A stretch of 63,765 bases of DNA, counting the filler, from Pirum gemmata (Eukaryota), in the NCBI GenBank assembly GCA_002812295.1. It is 29 parts of 29 records of this genome, joined end to end, with 100 filler letters (N's around TTAATTAATTAA, not from the genome) between each part and the next. Parts side by side here need not be neighbours in the genome. Positions count along the whole stretch, not along the records: positions 12,486 to 15,661 come from PDIN01009251.1; positions 15,762 to 17,760 come from PDIN01009252.1; positions 17,861 to 19,856 come from PDIN01009253.1; positions 19,957 to 23,474 come from PDIN01009254.1; positions 23,575 to 25,601 come from PDIN01009255.1; 24 more parts are not named here. The stretch is one strand, 5' to 3'. Position 1 is the stretch's first letter; each line of letters starts with the position of its first letter. The notes beneath the pieces were generated by a model. The model was not told the DNA's origin, did not search any database, and saw nothing but the letters and a program-made list of their open reading frames with translations. The position numbers and the translations under genes are program-made. This document shows positions 12,386 through 25,701 of this stretch, piece by piece.

Positions 12386-14473
12386 NNNNNNNNNNNNNNN
12401 NNNNNNNNNNNNNNNNNNNNNNNNNNNNNTTAATTAATTAANNNNNNNNNNNNNNNNNNNNNNNNNNNNNNNNNNNNNNNNNNNNTTCGAACCTAATTGA
12501 TTCATATGTTCGACTATTATTTGAATATAGTTTTCATATATAGTTTGTGTATTTTATTATGGTATTATTATTATTATTTTGAAACTTTCATTATATATAT
12601 AATATTATATTATAGTTTTAAAAAACTTTTTTTTTAAAAAAAAATGTTAGAATAAATAAATAAATTATAAAAAATTTATTGGGATTTTTTTATTTGTGAT
12701 TTTTATTATTTTCAAATTGCGTTAGGGTTAGCGTTAGGGTCAGGGCTAGTGTTAGTGTTAGCGATAGGGCTAGGGAGTGGTTAGGGTTAGTTAGCAATTT
12801 TATTAGGGTTAAATTATTACAGGTTGCTTTTTGATATTGTGTAAACTATCATATTTTATATTGTTGTTGTCCTCAAAATATGCATAGTAAAAAACACCCA
12901 ATTATTGTTTTTTAAATTAAACTATGTTTCATAAAGCTCGATTTCTGCTGAGCAAAATTTCTGGTCTGTTTGGTCTGTTTGAAATTAATTGTTTCGAGTT
13001 TATTAATAATTACATAGGTTTGAAAATTTCGAGCTTTATTTTTATAGTGGTAGAATCAATCTCCTTTTTTTTTTTGCTCTATATTCAACTATAGGATACT
13101 ATAAGTATACTATAGCACACCAAAAGAATTTGACTTTTTTTTTTGTTTTTGTTTTTTTACCATATATAGATATTTATACTACAGCTAATGTGAGCTGTAC
13201 AACTGAGTTTTTTAAATTAATAACACAAGTTACAACTGCTATACTTGAGTCTGCTATACATGTTACATGACATTGTAGAGTCGGATTGTAGACTTACTTT
13301 TTTTTTAATAAATTAAATTTTTATAAATCGAAACGAGCTAGTCTAAAAGAATAGAGGATGTGTGGAGGAACTGAAGTTTACAAATTAGAAGTTATAGAAC
13401 CGAAAGAAACTATTACATTATATTAATTAAAAGTATATAGGGTTCGGGCTATTAGGGTTAGGGTTAGGGTTAGGGTTAAGGTTAAGGTTAGGATTAGGAT
13501 TAGGATTAGGATTAGGGTTAGGGTTAGGGTTATAAGAGTTAGGGTTAGGGTAGGGTTGTAAGAGTTAGGGTTAGGGTTAGGGTTAGGGTTAGGGTTAGGG
13601 TTGGGGTTAGAGTTAGAGTTACACGGGTTAGGGTTAGGGTTAGGGTTATAAGGGTTAGCGTTAGCGTTAGGGTCATACGAGTTAGGGTTAGGGTTAGCGT
13701 TAGCGTTAGGGTTAGGGTTAGGGTTAGGGTTATTAAATTAGGGTATAGCTAGACCCCAGGAGGTACCCCAAGGTCTAATATTTTATCGATAGAGTTTTAC
13801 TTGCTAGAGTAGCTAACTACAAGTACAGTACTTTACTGTCTGTCTACAGACAGTATCGACAGACTAGTCTAGTCCAGCTTGACACTCAGAGTAGTAGCTT
13901 GGGTTAGGGTTAGGGTTAGGGTTAGGGTTAGGGTTAGTCGATTCACTCAATTCTAAAGACTACACCTGCCGGAGTCCTCCTGGTCTACACTAGTTTTTCT
14001 ATCATATCATTCTGTCTGATACCCGGTCTAGCTAGATACCTGCTGACTACACCGTCTAGCATACATAACAGGTTACATAACTATGTTCCTTACTATCACA
14101 GCATCATAGCATAATATAATATTATGGCCTGGTAGATAACCCTTAGTATCATAGTAGCTAGTCTACTGGGTGTCTTAGTAGTTAGTAGTACTCTAAAAGA
14201 TAGTCTAGCTAGTGTCTACTACTAATAGTCTACTATCATAATATAAAAATAATATATCATAGTCAGCAGCTGTCAGCTGATCATAGACTCATAATACAGC
14301 TATGGTACTAAGTTTGGTAATTAAACCGTAATTTCAATAAGGTTTTTTTTTGTTTTTTTTTTGTTTTTTGATAATCTAGTGTACTTCTAGCTAGTGTCCA
14401 CTATTTAAATTAAATAGTCTACTATCAAAAGTCTATCATAATATTATTATAATTAGAGGTGCAACATTTCAGG

Positions 14474-14587
<114 letters not shown>

Positions 14588-14588
14588 N

Positions 14589-14634
<46 letters not shown>

Positions 14635-15180
14635 TTACTATTACTGTCAATATTATTATTTTTAATTAATAGTACTATCTCGCCATATATTCTATTATTT
14701 GGTTTTCTATGAAGCATTTTATATTAAGTTAAATCAACCTAACCCTAACCCTAACCCTAACCCTAACCCTAACCTTAGCCTTAACCCTACCCCTAACCCT
14801 ATTTTTATTTCTTTATAAATGATATGCAATGATGCTTTTTACCCCTTTGTGGTGTTGTTATTGCTTTATTTATTTTTTTGCTTGTGTGTATGTTATTATA
14901 TTGTAGTTGTTGATATTGAAAACGTATTATAGTTGCTTTTACTTCTATTATTATTATTACTATCAATGAAAAATTTGTTATTGTAATTGTGTAGTCATTA
15001 AAATACTACCAATTATGAATTTCAAATTTGGGCCGAATGAAAAATAAAATAAAATTGCCTCAAAAAATGACCATTTGACAATAAATTTTTAACGAATGTA
15101 CAGATAGAAATAATTGATTAAAAACTCTAGCAATCAGATTGACAATTTTAAAATTTTATATTATAATATTAACTAATTAG

Positions 15181-15425
15181 GCTCAAAGGGAAAAGGAATA
15201 TTTAGAACGCGAAGAAAGGCGAGCTACCAGGAGAAAAGAAGAAGAATCGGAAAGAAAACGAGATCGAGATCGGGACAATGATGATCGGGATCGGGATCGA
15301 GATCGGGATCGGGATCGGGGTCGGGATCGGGATCGGGATCGGGATCGGGGTCGGGGTCGGGACCATGATGATGATAGAAGAAGCCACAGACGCAGAGATG
15401 ATGACAATGATCGATATACACCAAG
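15181..15425 (+). CDS. Internal exon encoding an Arg/Asp (RD)-repeat region, splicing-factor-like
   Basis: actaattag|GCT ... CCAAG|gtttgt; reads AQREKEYLEREERRATRRKEEESERKRDRDRD...RRSHRRRDDDNDRYTP. Missed by the ORF track (no start codon). Confidence 0.75.
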
Positions 15426-15761
15426 GTTTGTATTAATAACAAAAAAAAAATTGATTATTGATTGTTACATTGTTGATTGTTGTGCTGTTGTGTTGTTGTG
15501 TTGTTGTGTTGTTGTGTTGTTTTGTTGTTGGATTGTTGTGTTGTTGGAATGTTGGATCATTGGATTATTATTATTTTATTATTACTATTATTATTGTTAT
15601 TATTATTGTATTATGTTCTATTGTTATTGTTACTATCATTATTATGTATTATTATTATTATNNNNNNNNNNNNNNNNNNNNNNNNNNNNNNNNNNNNNNN
15701 NNNNNTTAATTAATTAANNNNNNNNNNNNNNNNNNNNNNNNNNNNNNNNNNNNNNNNNNNN

Positions 15762-17496
15762 TATTATTATTATTATCAGTATTATTATTATTATCATTAT
15801 TATTATTATCTGTTACAACCAGTTCTAAATTTTCAATCTTTCCTGTTGTTGTCAAAACAAGAGCTTTGTATTCTTCAAAAATGGTGTTCAAATTTGGTCT
15901 CCCGTGCTTTAAGTTATAATATGTGTTGATAATTTTTTCTTTTTGTTGTTGTTGTTGTTGTTGTTGTAAAGGTTGCTGATTTTTTTTGCCCCCTCCTGTT
16001 AAATAGAAATCCATGCCGAAAATACTTTGGTTGTCTTGATTATTTGCATGTTCATTGGCATGTCCTATTGCTCTGAAATCTAAAATATCCGGTTGGAAAA
16101 CGGTAGGTAAGCTGCCATTGTGATTTATATTTCGTTTGCTTTTTTCGTATTCATTTTGCATGGCTTCCATTAATTCTCTATCTCGAACTGACCAGATATT
16201 CTTCACTGTTTTTAAGTTTTTTCTTCCGCGATTAACTTGGTCGGCCAAAGAATTGGTTATTGACAACATGGGTGTGATACCGATTCCACCACTAATTAAC
16301 AATACATGTTCGTAGGTTCCATTATCTAGATTTACTCCAGTATTCCCATAAGGACCATCGATGAAAATTCTCATTTGTAAATTATTCTGTTCGTTATCAT
16401 TTAAAGTTGATTGTTGTTTTGTTTTTTCAGCCACCATGTTTTCAAGGGCTTTGGTCCAGTTTCCTAACGCACGCACATGAATAGACACAATATCAGCTGT
16501 GGGTGTACTACTAATGGTAAATGGATGCCACTCCCAAAAAGATAATCCTGGAATACATAAAAATATATATTGCCCTGCAACAAAATTAAATTCATTTCTA
16601 GAAAATGTGATTTTGACCACATTTGCGGGTAAAATTTCAAATTTAGCCTCTCTAGATACCCGTTTAGAATAGTAAAAATACGAAATTAAATTTCTGTACA
16701 AAACATCCAAAATATATAAAGCAGCACCTGCCAATATAATAGTCGAGCCGTGTACACAGGCAACTACAAAAACTGCTATTAGAAGAATAATATGGACAAT
16801 ATAAAAAAAATTGAATAAATACCTACGAATTGGTCGAATGGCCATAATAATCATAAACACAACTAAGCCTAATAATACCCAACCAGTTATTACTCTTTGT
16901 GAATCATTATTCATCGCTACCTTATTTTTCTGTAGGCCTTTCATTTGGTAAGTTAAACCATGCAATAAACCACTAATAACACCTACAACGGAAAACAGTT
17001 TATGGTACGTTAATGCCCTTTCAAATGGGATCCCACTAATAAAAGTAACCAGACTATTACGAGATGCAGTAGCATAACAGATAGCCCAAGCAAGGCCTGC
17101 AAGTTGACCGGAAGTGTCTACATCCCCAGAAAAATACAATCCGATTGCAGCCCCTATAAAACCCAAAACTAGGGGCAAACACAGAGTTAACTCGCCAAAG
17201 GTTAGATATTCATGTTTTCCTAGTAAATTAACGCAACAAATTGGTTTTCTGAAAAAATCAAATAAATTCCATCGGGTTTTTACCCACTTTTGGTAAGCTT
17301 TGGTGATGCTTTGGTATTTGTTTAATGGATGAACGGGGAAGTTGTGTTCATATTCAATATAACTGGTATTAGTACTGTTTTTGATTTCTTCAGCTTTTTG
17401 GACATTGATAGTTTGTAAAAGAAGGTTAGGGGAACTTTCCGGTTGTATTGTGCATGTTGTTGGTTTTTTATGAATATTGTCTGCCGACTTAGACAT
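15762..17496 (-). CDS. Ferric reductase / NADPH-oxidase family flavocytochrome (3' end lost in gap)
   Basis: TM region with paired His (YHK..LLHG, VHI..VHG), FAD motif EWHPFTISS, IDGPYG, NADPH motif SGGIGITP, C-terminal GRP. No intron seen. Confidence 0.93.
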
Positions 17497-17627
17497 GGTT
17501 TTATAATTAATAAATTCAAAAACGTTGTTTTTTTTGTTTTCTGTTTTTGTTTTTGGTTTTGTTTTTGTTTTGTTAGTTGTTTTTGTTTTGTTTTGTTTTT
17601 GTCTAGTTTTTGTTTTTGTTTTTTTGT

Positions 17628-17660
<33 letters not shown>

Positions 17661-17901
17661 TATATTATAGTCTACTAATCATTATGTTTTTTTTGTTTTT
17701 TTTGTTTTTTTGTTTTTGTTTTTGTTTTTGTTTTTGTTTTTGTTTTTGTTTTTGTGTTCTNNNNNNNNNNNNNNNNNNNNNNNNNNNNNNNNNNNNNNNN
17801 NNNNTTAATTAATTAANNNNNNNNNNNNNNNNNNNNNNNNNNNNNNNNNNNNNNNNNNNNATATATATATATCAATATTAATTGACTCAATTTTTAAAAA
17901 G

Positions 17902-18720
17902 ATCGATTCAAAACAGCAACTTAACTACAAACTAGAAGATGAAACAAAGAAGCTTAAGGACAGTTTTAAAACGGATATCAATCGGTTAGAACAGACTTCA
18001 CAGAGACAACAAAGTGATTTTCATAAAGTAAGCACAAGAGTTGAGAATCTTGAAAATAAAATAGAAAACTATAACACCAACAACAAAAAAGCCCACCAAC
18101 CAGATGAACTCTACAAACAAGATAATCAACATGGACAAGATCATATTGACCAGAGACGAGAGGATCATCCAACACAAGAACACTCACATACACACTCACA
18201 TACACACAATCATCAACAATACGAAAAGCACAGACATGACGATCAACCTAGAGAAGATGATAAACATCAACAAGAAGAACGTCAAACACAAGATTCATAC
18301 GGACAATATAAGCAGCACCAAATACAAGATGATCAACAAGGGCAAGATAATAATAACCAAGGAGAAGTAGAACAGCAAACCCAAGTTCCATATGAACAAT
18401 ATGACCAGCAAACCCAAAATTATCAACAAGAACAGGACTATAATAATAACCACCAAAGACAAGATTCATACGAACAGTATAAGTATCAAACACACGATAA
18501 TCAACAAGGACAAGATTATAATAACCAAAGAGAAGGAGAACACCAAAAACAAGTTCCGTATGGACATGGTTCTCAACAAAGGGAAGATGAAAACCAAAAG
18601 CAAGACGATCATCATGAACAACAAAACTACCCGAAAAGTCAATCACATCAAAACACACACAGGAATTCAAATCCACGAAAACTCAGATATAGAGATTCCA
18701 TGAATAAAAGAAGTTCATAA
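17902..18720 (+). CDS. Probable terminal exon: coiled coil followed by Q/H/D/Y-rich repeats
   Basis: 273-codon open frame (including the stop) absent from the ORF track: IDSKQQLNYKLEDETKKLKDSFKTDINRLEQ...QDSYGQY..QQGQDNNNQGE...MNKRSS*. Confidence 0.7.
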   Translation: MDSKQQLNYKLEDETKKLKDSFKTDINRLEQTSQRQQSDFHKVSTRVENLENKIENYNTNNKKAHQPDELYKQDNQHGQDHIDQRREDHPTQEHSHTHSHTHNHQQYEKHRHDDQPREDDKHQQEERQTQDSYGQYKQHQIQDDQQGQDNNNQGEVEQQTQVPYEQYDQQTQNYQQEQDYNNNHQRQDSYEQYKYQTHDNQQGQDYNNQREGEHQKQVPYGHGSQQREDENQKQDDHHEQQNYPKSQSHQNTHRNSNPRKLRYRDSMNKRSS

Positions 18721-20028
18721 AAAATACATATGGCGAGAGAGAGAGAGAGAGAGAGAGAGAGGTGTGGGGGGTAATAACCCGAGATAGAGTATCAAACATA
18801 AGTTTCATATGGTCAAGCTTCCCGTTACTAACAACAAAGCTATCCAGAAAAGTTAATTAAATCAAAACAAACACAAACTTCTTTAAAATCCGAAGAGATT
18901 CTATAAATAAAAGAAGTACATCAAATATAAGTTTTATATGGACAAGGTTCCCAATAATGACAAGAGCGACTGTCGCCAACAATGCAGCTGCCCAAAAAAA
19001 GTTAATTAAATCAAAACAAACACAAACTTCCTTCAGATCCTTCAAATCTGAAAGAGATTCTATAAATAAAAGTACATAAAAAATACACGGTAACAGAAGG
19101 AGTACATAAAAGAATACATAGTAGTAGAAAAAGTACATCTGGTCAAGGTTCCCAATAATGACAAGAGTGACCAATAACGAAGCTACCCAAATAGTTAATT
19201 AAATCAAAACACACAAACTTCCTTCAAATCCGAAAAATCAGAAGGGATTCCGTAAATAAAAGTACACAAAGAATACATAGCAGCAGAAGGAGGAAGAGGA
19301 TGGTAGAGGAGGAGGAGGACTGGGTGAGGGGTACCAAATACAAACTAAAATGAACATGTGGTATATAAGACAAAAAAAGGATATTTTATTTCATTATTAA
19401 TAATAATTCTTCTTACTGTCTCTTTATCCTTATATTTTTTTATAAATAAACACTTAAGTATAAACACTAAATAATTGATAGACTTAATTATTAATATTAT
19501 GTCTTCTCTTTATCTCTCCCTCTTTGTTCTTTTATTTTTAATAAATAAAATCAAATAATAAATAATAAGTAATTAATAGATTTTATTATAATTGTTAATA
19601 ACTATGAATGTTAACTATAAAAGTAATGACAATAAAACAATACTTTAATTTTTTAAAAGGATTTTTTTTTTCAACAAATTTAAATATAATGAATAAATGA
19701 ATAAATTAGACAAAATGGCCAATTTTTATTTTTTTATTTTCATTTTTATTTTTATTTTTATTATTTATTTTATTGTTGTTATTTAATATTAAAAAGATAA
19801 TGAGATATATACGTATGGATTTTATTATTATTATTATTATTATTATTATCATTATTNNNNNNNNNNNNNNNNNNNNNNNNNNNNNNNNNNNNNNNNNNNN
19901 TTAATTAATTAANNNNNNNNNNNNNNNNNNNNNNNNNNNNNNNNNNNNNNNNNNNNATTCATGCTTTTTTAGTTAATCTTACTTACTGATATATACACCG
20001 TGAAATGCTCTACACAACAACAGAAAAC

Positions 20029-20061
<33 letters not shown>

Positions 20062-20298
20062 TATACATGTTTTCATTGTGTATTATATTATATATATATA
20101 TATTCACGCTTTTTTCAGTTAATCTTTTACTTATATATATATATATTCATGCTTTTTTAGTTAATCTTACTTACTGATATATACACCGTGAAATGCTCTA
20201 CAAAACAACAGAAAACATAATAATAATAACAATAAATAATATTAATATATACGTGTTTTCATTGGATATTATATTATATATATTCACGCTTTTTTTAG

Positions 20299-20699
20299 TT
20301 AATCTTTTACTTACTGGTATATACGACGTGAAATGCTCTACACAGCAACTGAAAACCGTTTCTCGAAAGGTCAGTATAACTCTTATTGTCATTTTTTATC
20401 AAACACTGTCTAAGCTGAACTGTATCTATAATAACAAAAACACCAATTCTTCGTAAAAATATCACCAAGTAAAAACCAGTCCTCAATTCACACTACGACA
20501 AACCAGTATCAAACGAACAAACCTGGTTTTTTATTTAATATGAACTTCTCTTTGTTATGATTCTGTGACCAATAACCACATATTCTACACTAAATTCTGA
20601 CCCATGCCATATAACATGTAACTGTATTTATCAGTTTGGTTGAATTTTTTTTTTTTGTGTGTGTGTGCATGTGTGTGCATGTACGTATATATATGTTGT

Positions 20700-20762
<63 letters not shown>

Positions 20763-21400
20763 TGTGTGTTTTGTTTGTTAGTTTGTTTGTTTGTGTTTGT
20801 GTTTGTGTTTGTGTGTGTTTGTGGTTGTTTTTGTTTGTGTTTGTGTGTGTTTGTGTTTGTGTGTGTTTGTGTTTGTGTGTGTGTGTGTTTGTGTTTATGT
20901 ATATTTGTTTGTTTGTTTGTCTGTTTGTTTGTGTGAGTATGTGTGTTTTCAACGCGTGATCAATATTCTCATTTAACTTCCCGAAAATATTAACAACTCT
21001 TATCCTCATATTTCGTAATTCCAGGATAGCCACAATGCAGCCACTCTACCTCGTACGATGCATAAAGAAACGGGCGAAATGGTCAGTGCTGTGTTTGGTG
21101 ACCCAAAGGGTTATACATATGGTAAATCACTTAACGAAATAGTTCAAGATTTAACTAGAAAGTACAGGGAAAGCGGCGTTGACTCGCGCCTTGAAAATGG
21201 TGAAAGTGACCGAGGTAATGTGAAAGGGAGGGGTGACATGATGGATATAGATGGCAAAGAAAGTTCTGCGTTTACTAGTAATGCTAAAAGTTTAGAAACA
21301 GTAGGTTTGTTTGAGAAGAAAGTCAGCAATTATCTTAACGAAATTCTTAGAGATGTTACTTTACAAAGGTTTAAATATGATGAGTGGCCAGGTTAGTTGC

Positions 21401-21445
<45 letters not shown>

Positions 21446-22275
21446 NTAATAATAATAATAATAATAATAATAGTGATAATAATAATAATAATAATAATGA
21501 TAATAATAATAATAATACTGTTGACAATGATAATATCTGTAATAGTAAGACTAGTGTTCTTAATTAATCATAATATTTTCGATACGTGATTTTATTATTA
21601 TTTTTTGAAAAAATAAAGAAAGCGGAAGAAAAAACGAACAAATTATATGAAAAAGAAGAAAGGCGAGGTACGTTTATATATTATATATTGTATATTGTAT
21701 TTTTACTATTATTATGAATTTCATTACTGTATTTTCATTCTTATTCATGTCATACTTTGTATTATTGTCGCCATTAATACCAAAAGAGTTATGCTTGGAT
21801 TAGGGACAGGGATAGGGATAGGGATAGGGATAGGGATAGGGATAGGGATAGGGATAGGGACAGGTTAGGAACAGGGACAGGGACAGGTCGGTGTTAGGAT
21901 TAGGATTAGGGTTAAAGTTAAAGTTAAAGTTAAGGCTAAAGTTTAAGTTAAGGTGAAGGTGAAGGTTAAGGTTAGGGTTAAGGTTAAGGTTAAGGTTAAG
22001 GTTAAGGTTAAGGTTAAGGTTAAGGTTAAGGTTAAGGTTAGTATTAGGGTGAGAATTACTATTATTCGTTGTTTTCTTAATATCAGTGGGGCTATTACCA
22101 GACCCGAAAATATTACACAAATCGTTTTCTATATTGTATTTACATTCAACGCCTATAATTTTTAGCATTTCTTTTCTACTTCTAATAAAATCATGAATTA
22201 TATATATATTATTATTAATTATTGTTATTTTATATTATTTTTAGACTGTTATTATTATCATTGTTATTATTAGAC

Positions 22276-22321
<46 letters not shown>

Positions 22322-22910
22322 GGACTATTATTTTTATCAGACTATTACTATTATATATATATATATATATTATATGGGTGTGTATGGTAATACTAAAGTG
22401 TTGGAAGAAGAAACTGTTACTGATGCTGGTATGTTTTATTTTATATTATTCTTACACAATACAATACAATACAATACAATACAAATACAATACAATACAA
22501 TACAATACAATACAATACAATACAATACAATACAATACAATTTAACTCGAAAAATGTAATTATAAACAATGCGCTAACTGTCTGTAACCATCTTTACTTA
22601 TTTTTTACTTTCAAACACAAGTAACAAATATGCATATGTTGCTTTTGTTTTTGTTAAAATTGAAGTTTAAATTTAATTACTTAATAAAATAGACACAGAA
22701 TTCAGTGATTGTAGTGCAAAAAGTGACAATGAAGCTGCCAAAAAAGCTAGGCAAAAAGTAGGCAGGCCTAGAAAAGGTAGTGTTAATGCCGCCAACACCG
22801 ACTATGGTAAGCTTCATGTCTCAGAATCAAGGACACCAGCAAAATCAAGAACCTCTTCAGCGAATACCTCACCCGTTACTTCTGGTGCCTCTACGCCGAA
22901 GAAAAAGAAA
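20299..22910 (+). CDS. Multi-exon nuclear protein fragment with AT-hook and basic NLS
   Basis: GT-AG exons at 20299-20369, 21025-21391, ~21619-21667, 22399-22428, 22693-22910. Last exon reads ...KKARQKVGRPRKGS...GASTPKKKK. Phases agree except across the N at 21447. Confidence 0.7.
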
Positions 22911-22965
22911 GTACGTTATTTTTTTGTTTGTTTGTTTGTTTTTTGGTTGATTAATTAATTAATTA

Positions 22966-23037
<72 letters not shown>

Positions 23038-23574
23038 GTTGGTTGGTTGGTTCTTTATTTATTTATTTATTTGTGTTTAATGAATTGATTTAGTGTTTTA
23101 AGCAAAAACTTTTATATAATAATTATGAATTATAATTGAGAATTAAAAGTTAAGGTAATAAATACTGATGTGGATATTAATAATTGAATAATAACATTAT
23201 GCCTGTATTCGGTATTGGTACGTCAAGGTTTTCAGTACTACCAAGGTTTTCAGTACTACGCAATGATTGAGATTTTGCGGGACAAAAAGGTCTATTTAAA
23301 GCTAGAGAATGGTGATAAAGATATATTTATGTGGTTATGTGGTTATGTGGTTATGTGGTTATATGATTATGTGGTTATGTGATTATGTGATTATGTGAGT
23401 ATGTGGTTATGTGGTTATGTAGTTATGTAGTTATGTGGATTAAGATGAGGAGTTCCCGAGTTGGAGAGAGAGAGNNNNNNNNNNNNNNNNNNNNNNNNNN
23501 NNNNNNNNNNNNNNNNNNTTAATTAATTAANNNNNNNNNNNNNNNNNNNNNNNNNNNNNNNNNNNNNNNNNNNN

Positions 23575-24550
23575 ACTTGTCGTTTTTCATTCTTGCCTAA
23601 AATCTGAATACCATCATTAGTTGGTGTTGCTCTACGAATCGGAATTTCGCCTGGGCCCAAAATTTTGATATCGTCTTTATCATTTGTAGTCTTTGTTGGT
23701 TTTGGTGTGAAATCAATAACAACTTCATGCTTGCCCAAGACTTGAATATTATCATTATTATTTGATGGTGGTTGTGTAAAGGAAATGACCTTTTCGTTTT
23801 GGCCTAAAATCTGAATACCGCTATTGCTATTTTGTTCTTTTTGGTCTTTTTGTTGTTGGTGTACTGATGGTGGAGCGAAATCAATAACAACTTCATGCTT
23901 GCCTAAAACCTCAATGGGTGGAGCAAAATCAATAACAACTTCATGTTTGCCTAAAATTTGAATATTGTCATTGATATCTTGCTGTTGTTGTGGCTGTGAC
24001 TCTGGCTGTAGCTGCGGTTGTGATGCTTGTCGTCGTTTTCGCTGTATAGTAGACTTAGATGGTGATGAAAAATCAATAACAACTTCGTGCTTGCCTAAAA
24101 CTTGAATACCATCATCATTATGTTGTTGACGTTGTCGCTTTTTGCGTTGGTGTACACGCAGTCTTTGTGTCGGAAGCATGATATCGTCCGTATCTAAACG
24201 TTTAAATTTGAAGTCATCATTCTCTTTTTCTTCTCGTTTTTGTTTTTGTTTTGCGTGTTGTTGTTTTTGTACATGATATTGTTGTTGTTGTTGTTGCCTT
24301 GAATTTTCAGGGGGTACATAAACGAACAAATTTCTAGTTTGAGTGATAATATGTTGTTCCCCGTCAGTTTCGTCCTTATGTTGGAGTTGTTGCTCTTTAT
24401 TTTGGTATTGTAATAATATTTGTTTTTGATGTTGAGTGCTGTGCATAAGAATTTCTAAAGTTTTTTGTTGCTCTTGTAGTTTTTGTTTTAAATCTTGTAA
24501 ATCTTGACTTAGATCTTGTTGTTGTTGATGACGTTGATGAAGTGGTGGTA

Positions 24551-24582
<32 letters not shown>

Positions 24583-24833
24583 GGGTGTTGTGGTTGTGGT
24601 TGTTGTGGTTGTTGTGGTTGTTGTGGTTGTTGTGGTTGTGGTTGTGGTGGTTGTGGTTGTGTTTCTTTCAGATTGACATTTTTATGATGTTTAACATTCT
24701 GAAAACTTCCAACTAACAGATATCGCTCTCCATGCCATTTTGAATTAAATGTTGTGGTATCATGGCTTGTGCGTGGATCGGGAGTACCATCTGCAAAATA
24801 GTTTTGAAAACAAATTGCTAAACCTAATTCCAT
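23575..24833 (-). CDS. Hypothetical Q/P-rich protein with repeated IQVLGKHEVVIDF motif (3' truncated)
   Basis: About 420-codon ORF with a complex N-terminus, polyQ/coiled coil and 7 copies of a 13-aa motif. Confidence 0.8.
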
Positions 24834-24947
24834 TTGAGTTATATATTATTAATTTTAGTGAGATTTGGGTACAGTAACATTATAATTATTAACGACAAAC
24901 AACAACGACGACAACAAAACGCTAATACGAACAATATTAATATAATG

Positions 24948-24999
<52 letters not shown>

Positions 25000-25022
25000 G
25001 GGTAGATATATATATATATATA

Positions 25023-25112
25023 TATATATAGACGTTGATTGTATTATTTACATTCTTAAATAGATATCTATCTATTTAAGAATGTAAAAAGTACAATCAA
25101 CGTCTATATATA
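25023..25112. repeat. Long near-perfect inverted repeat (hairpin)
   Basis: TATATAGACGTTGATTGTAttaTTTACATTCTTAAATAGATA-tc-TATCTATTTAAGAATGTAAAaagTACAATCAACGTCTATATA. Confidence 0.9.
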
Positions 25113-25701
25113 TTAATATATGATATTATATATAATGTTATTATTTAGTGAAATTGGAACCAGATGTGGGTCTTTCGGATCATATATATAATTATATATA
25201 ATATTAGTGCAATATATATAATGGTACAATATATATATATAATGGTACAATATATATAATGGTGCAATATATGTAATGGTACAATATAATTATAAAATGG
25301 TTGCAATATTTATAATGGTGTAATATATATAATGGTGCAATATATACAATGGTACAATATATATATATATATATACTGGTGCAAATTAATGAAAAATTTA
25401 ATATATATTATATTATATATTCGTGTGTATTATTATTTAATGTGATTTTGGTACAGTAACATTATAATTGTTAACGACAACCAACAACAACAACAACAAC
25501 AACAACCGAATGCTAATATGAACTATAATGCAATACTTAATATATATACATATTTATATATTAATGAAAGATTTAATTATTATTATTATTATTATTTATT
25601 ANNNNNNNNNNNNNNNNNNNNNNNNNNNNNNNNNNNNNNNNNNNNTTAATTAATTAANNNNNNNNNNNNNNNNNNNNNNNNNNNNNNNNNNNNNNNNNNN
25701 N

